DNA from: an uncultured Planctomycetota bacterium
GTDB lineage: Bacteria; Planctomycetota; Planctomycetia; Isosphaerales; Isosphaeraceae
DNA length: 64,000 bases
Direction: 5' to 3'
Assembly: GCA_963823665.1 (NCBI GenBank)
Contig: CAWGMQ010000006.1
Location: 320,001-384,000, forward strand
Shown: piece by piece, positions 63,452 through 64,000 of the stretch
Layout of the letters: every line of letters starts with the position of its first letter
Numbering within the stretch: the first letter of the stretch is position 1
Translations under genes and position numbers: made by a program
The notes under the pieces: model-generated
The model's database searches: none
The model's input: only the letters and a program-made list of their open reading frames with translations
What the model was told of the DNA's origin: nothing

Positions 63452-64000
63452 TCACCTGCCGTCCGACCACCCGAAGATCCGAGCTTTCGGGAGGGCCTGC
63501 TTCAGTCGCTCGATACCCGCCGGGCTGATCCCCGACCGGTCGAGGTTGAGGCTTTTCAGGGACTGGAATCCCGCCAGCGTCTCGACCGAGGAATCCGTCA
63601 GCTCGGTCTCGGTCAACGACAAGGTCTCCAGTGACTCGAGAGACTTCAGGCGGGCGAGCCCCGCATCGGTGATCGCGGACCGATCGAGCCGTAACCTCCA
63701 GAGGGAAGTCAGGGAGGCGAGATGATCAAGTCCCGCGTCGGTAATCCTCGAACCCGCGATGGTCAGGTCCGTGAGTCGCATCCCCCTCGGCAGGGGCTCG
63801 ATCCCGGCGACCGGAGCGAGATCCGTGATGCGGACCCCCGGCATGTCCAGGAGGCTCAGCTCCTTCAGATTCACCACATGGGCGAAGCCCCGGTCTGTGA
63901 CGTTTCTGCCGTCCAGTTGCAGGACTTCCAGGTCGGCAAAGCCGCCGATGGTCGCCATCTCGTCGTCCGTGACGGCGGCCTCCGGCAACCAGAGGCGGCG
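63452..64000 (-). CDS. Leucine-rich repeat protein, 3' end (5' part outside the window)
   Basis: LxxLxL..ITDAGLxxL repeats and the planctomycete-type cap ISPAGIERLKQALPKARI. Confidence 0.88.
   Translation of the reverse strand, partial: RRLWLPEAAVTDDEMATIGGFADLEVLQLDGRNVTDRGFAHVVNLKELSLLDMPGVRITDLAPVAGIEPLPRGMRLTDLTIAGSRITDAGLDHLASLTSLWRLRLDRSAITDAGLARLKSLESLETLSLTETELTDSSVETLAGFQSLKSLNLDRSGISPAGIERLKQALPKARIFGWSDGR

Overview
GC-rich window, most likely from a planctomycete (Isosphaeraceae-like). This is inferred from the E-x-L/M-E-x-R-x-L-L export motifs, the ECF-sigma/Ser-Thr-kinase pairs and the LRR and S1/P1 genes. 1-12 kb holds two large surface proteins (a beta-helix protein and a 10x IPT/TIG protein) flanking a frameshift-interrupted ~1740-aa polyprotein: LCAT-like lipase - CHAT/caspase-like protease - double-HKD phospholipase D. 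12.6-38.7 kb is an accessory island divided into blocks by degenerate tRNA-Leu and tRNA-Ala att-like scars, with no integrase in the window. It carries four ECF-sigma + kinase modules. One is a kinase-NB-ARC-TPR (NLR-like) receptor beside a divergent operon of secreted putative effectors. The other three are near-identical membrane kinases whose TPR arrays vary at specific positions. 38.7-44.8 kb is a ynbABCD-like lipid operon. 45-64 kb is a mosaic of intact genes (BON protein, acyltransferase-3, GntR-ABC, GGT, ArsR, S1/P1 nuclease, SMI1/KNR4-HEAT, S9 peptidase, LRR) and many gene fragments. It includes an orphan structured RNA with its own promoter, set inside a perfect 35-bp inverted repeat next to an IS110-like end. 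About a dozen frameshifts, several in homopolymer or GC runs, probably include sequencing errors. All family assignments come from reading motifs by eye; no database search was run.
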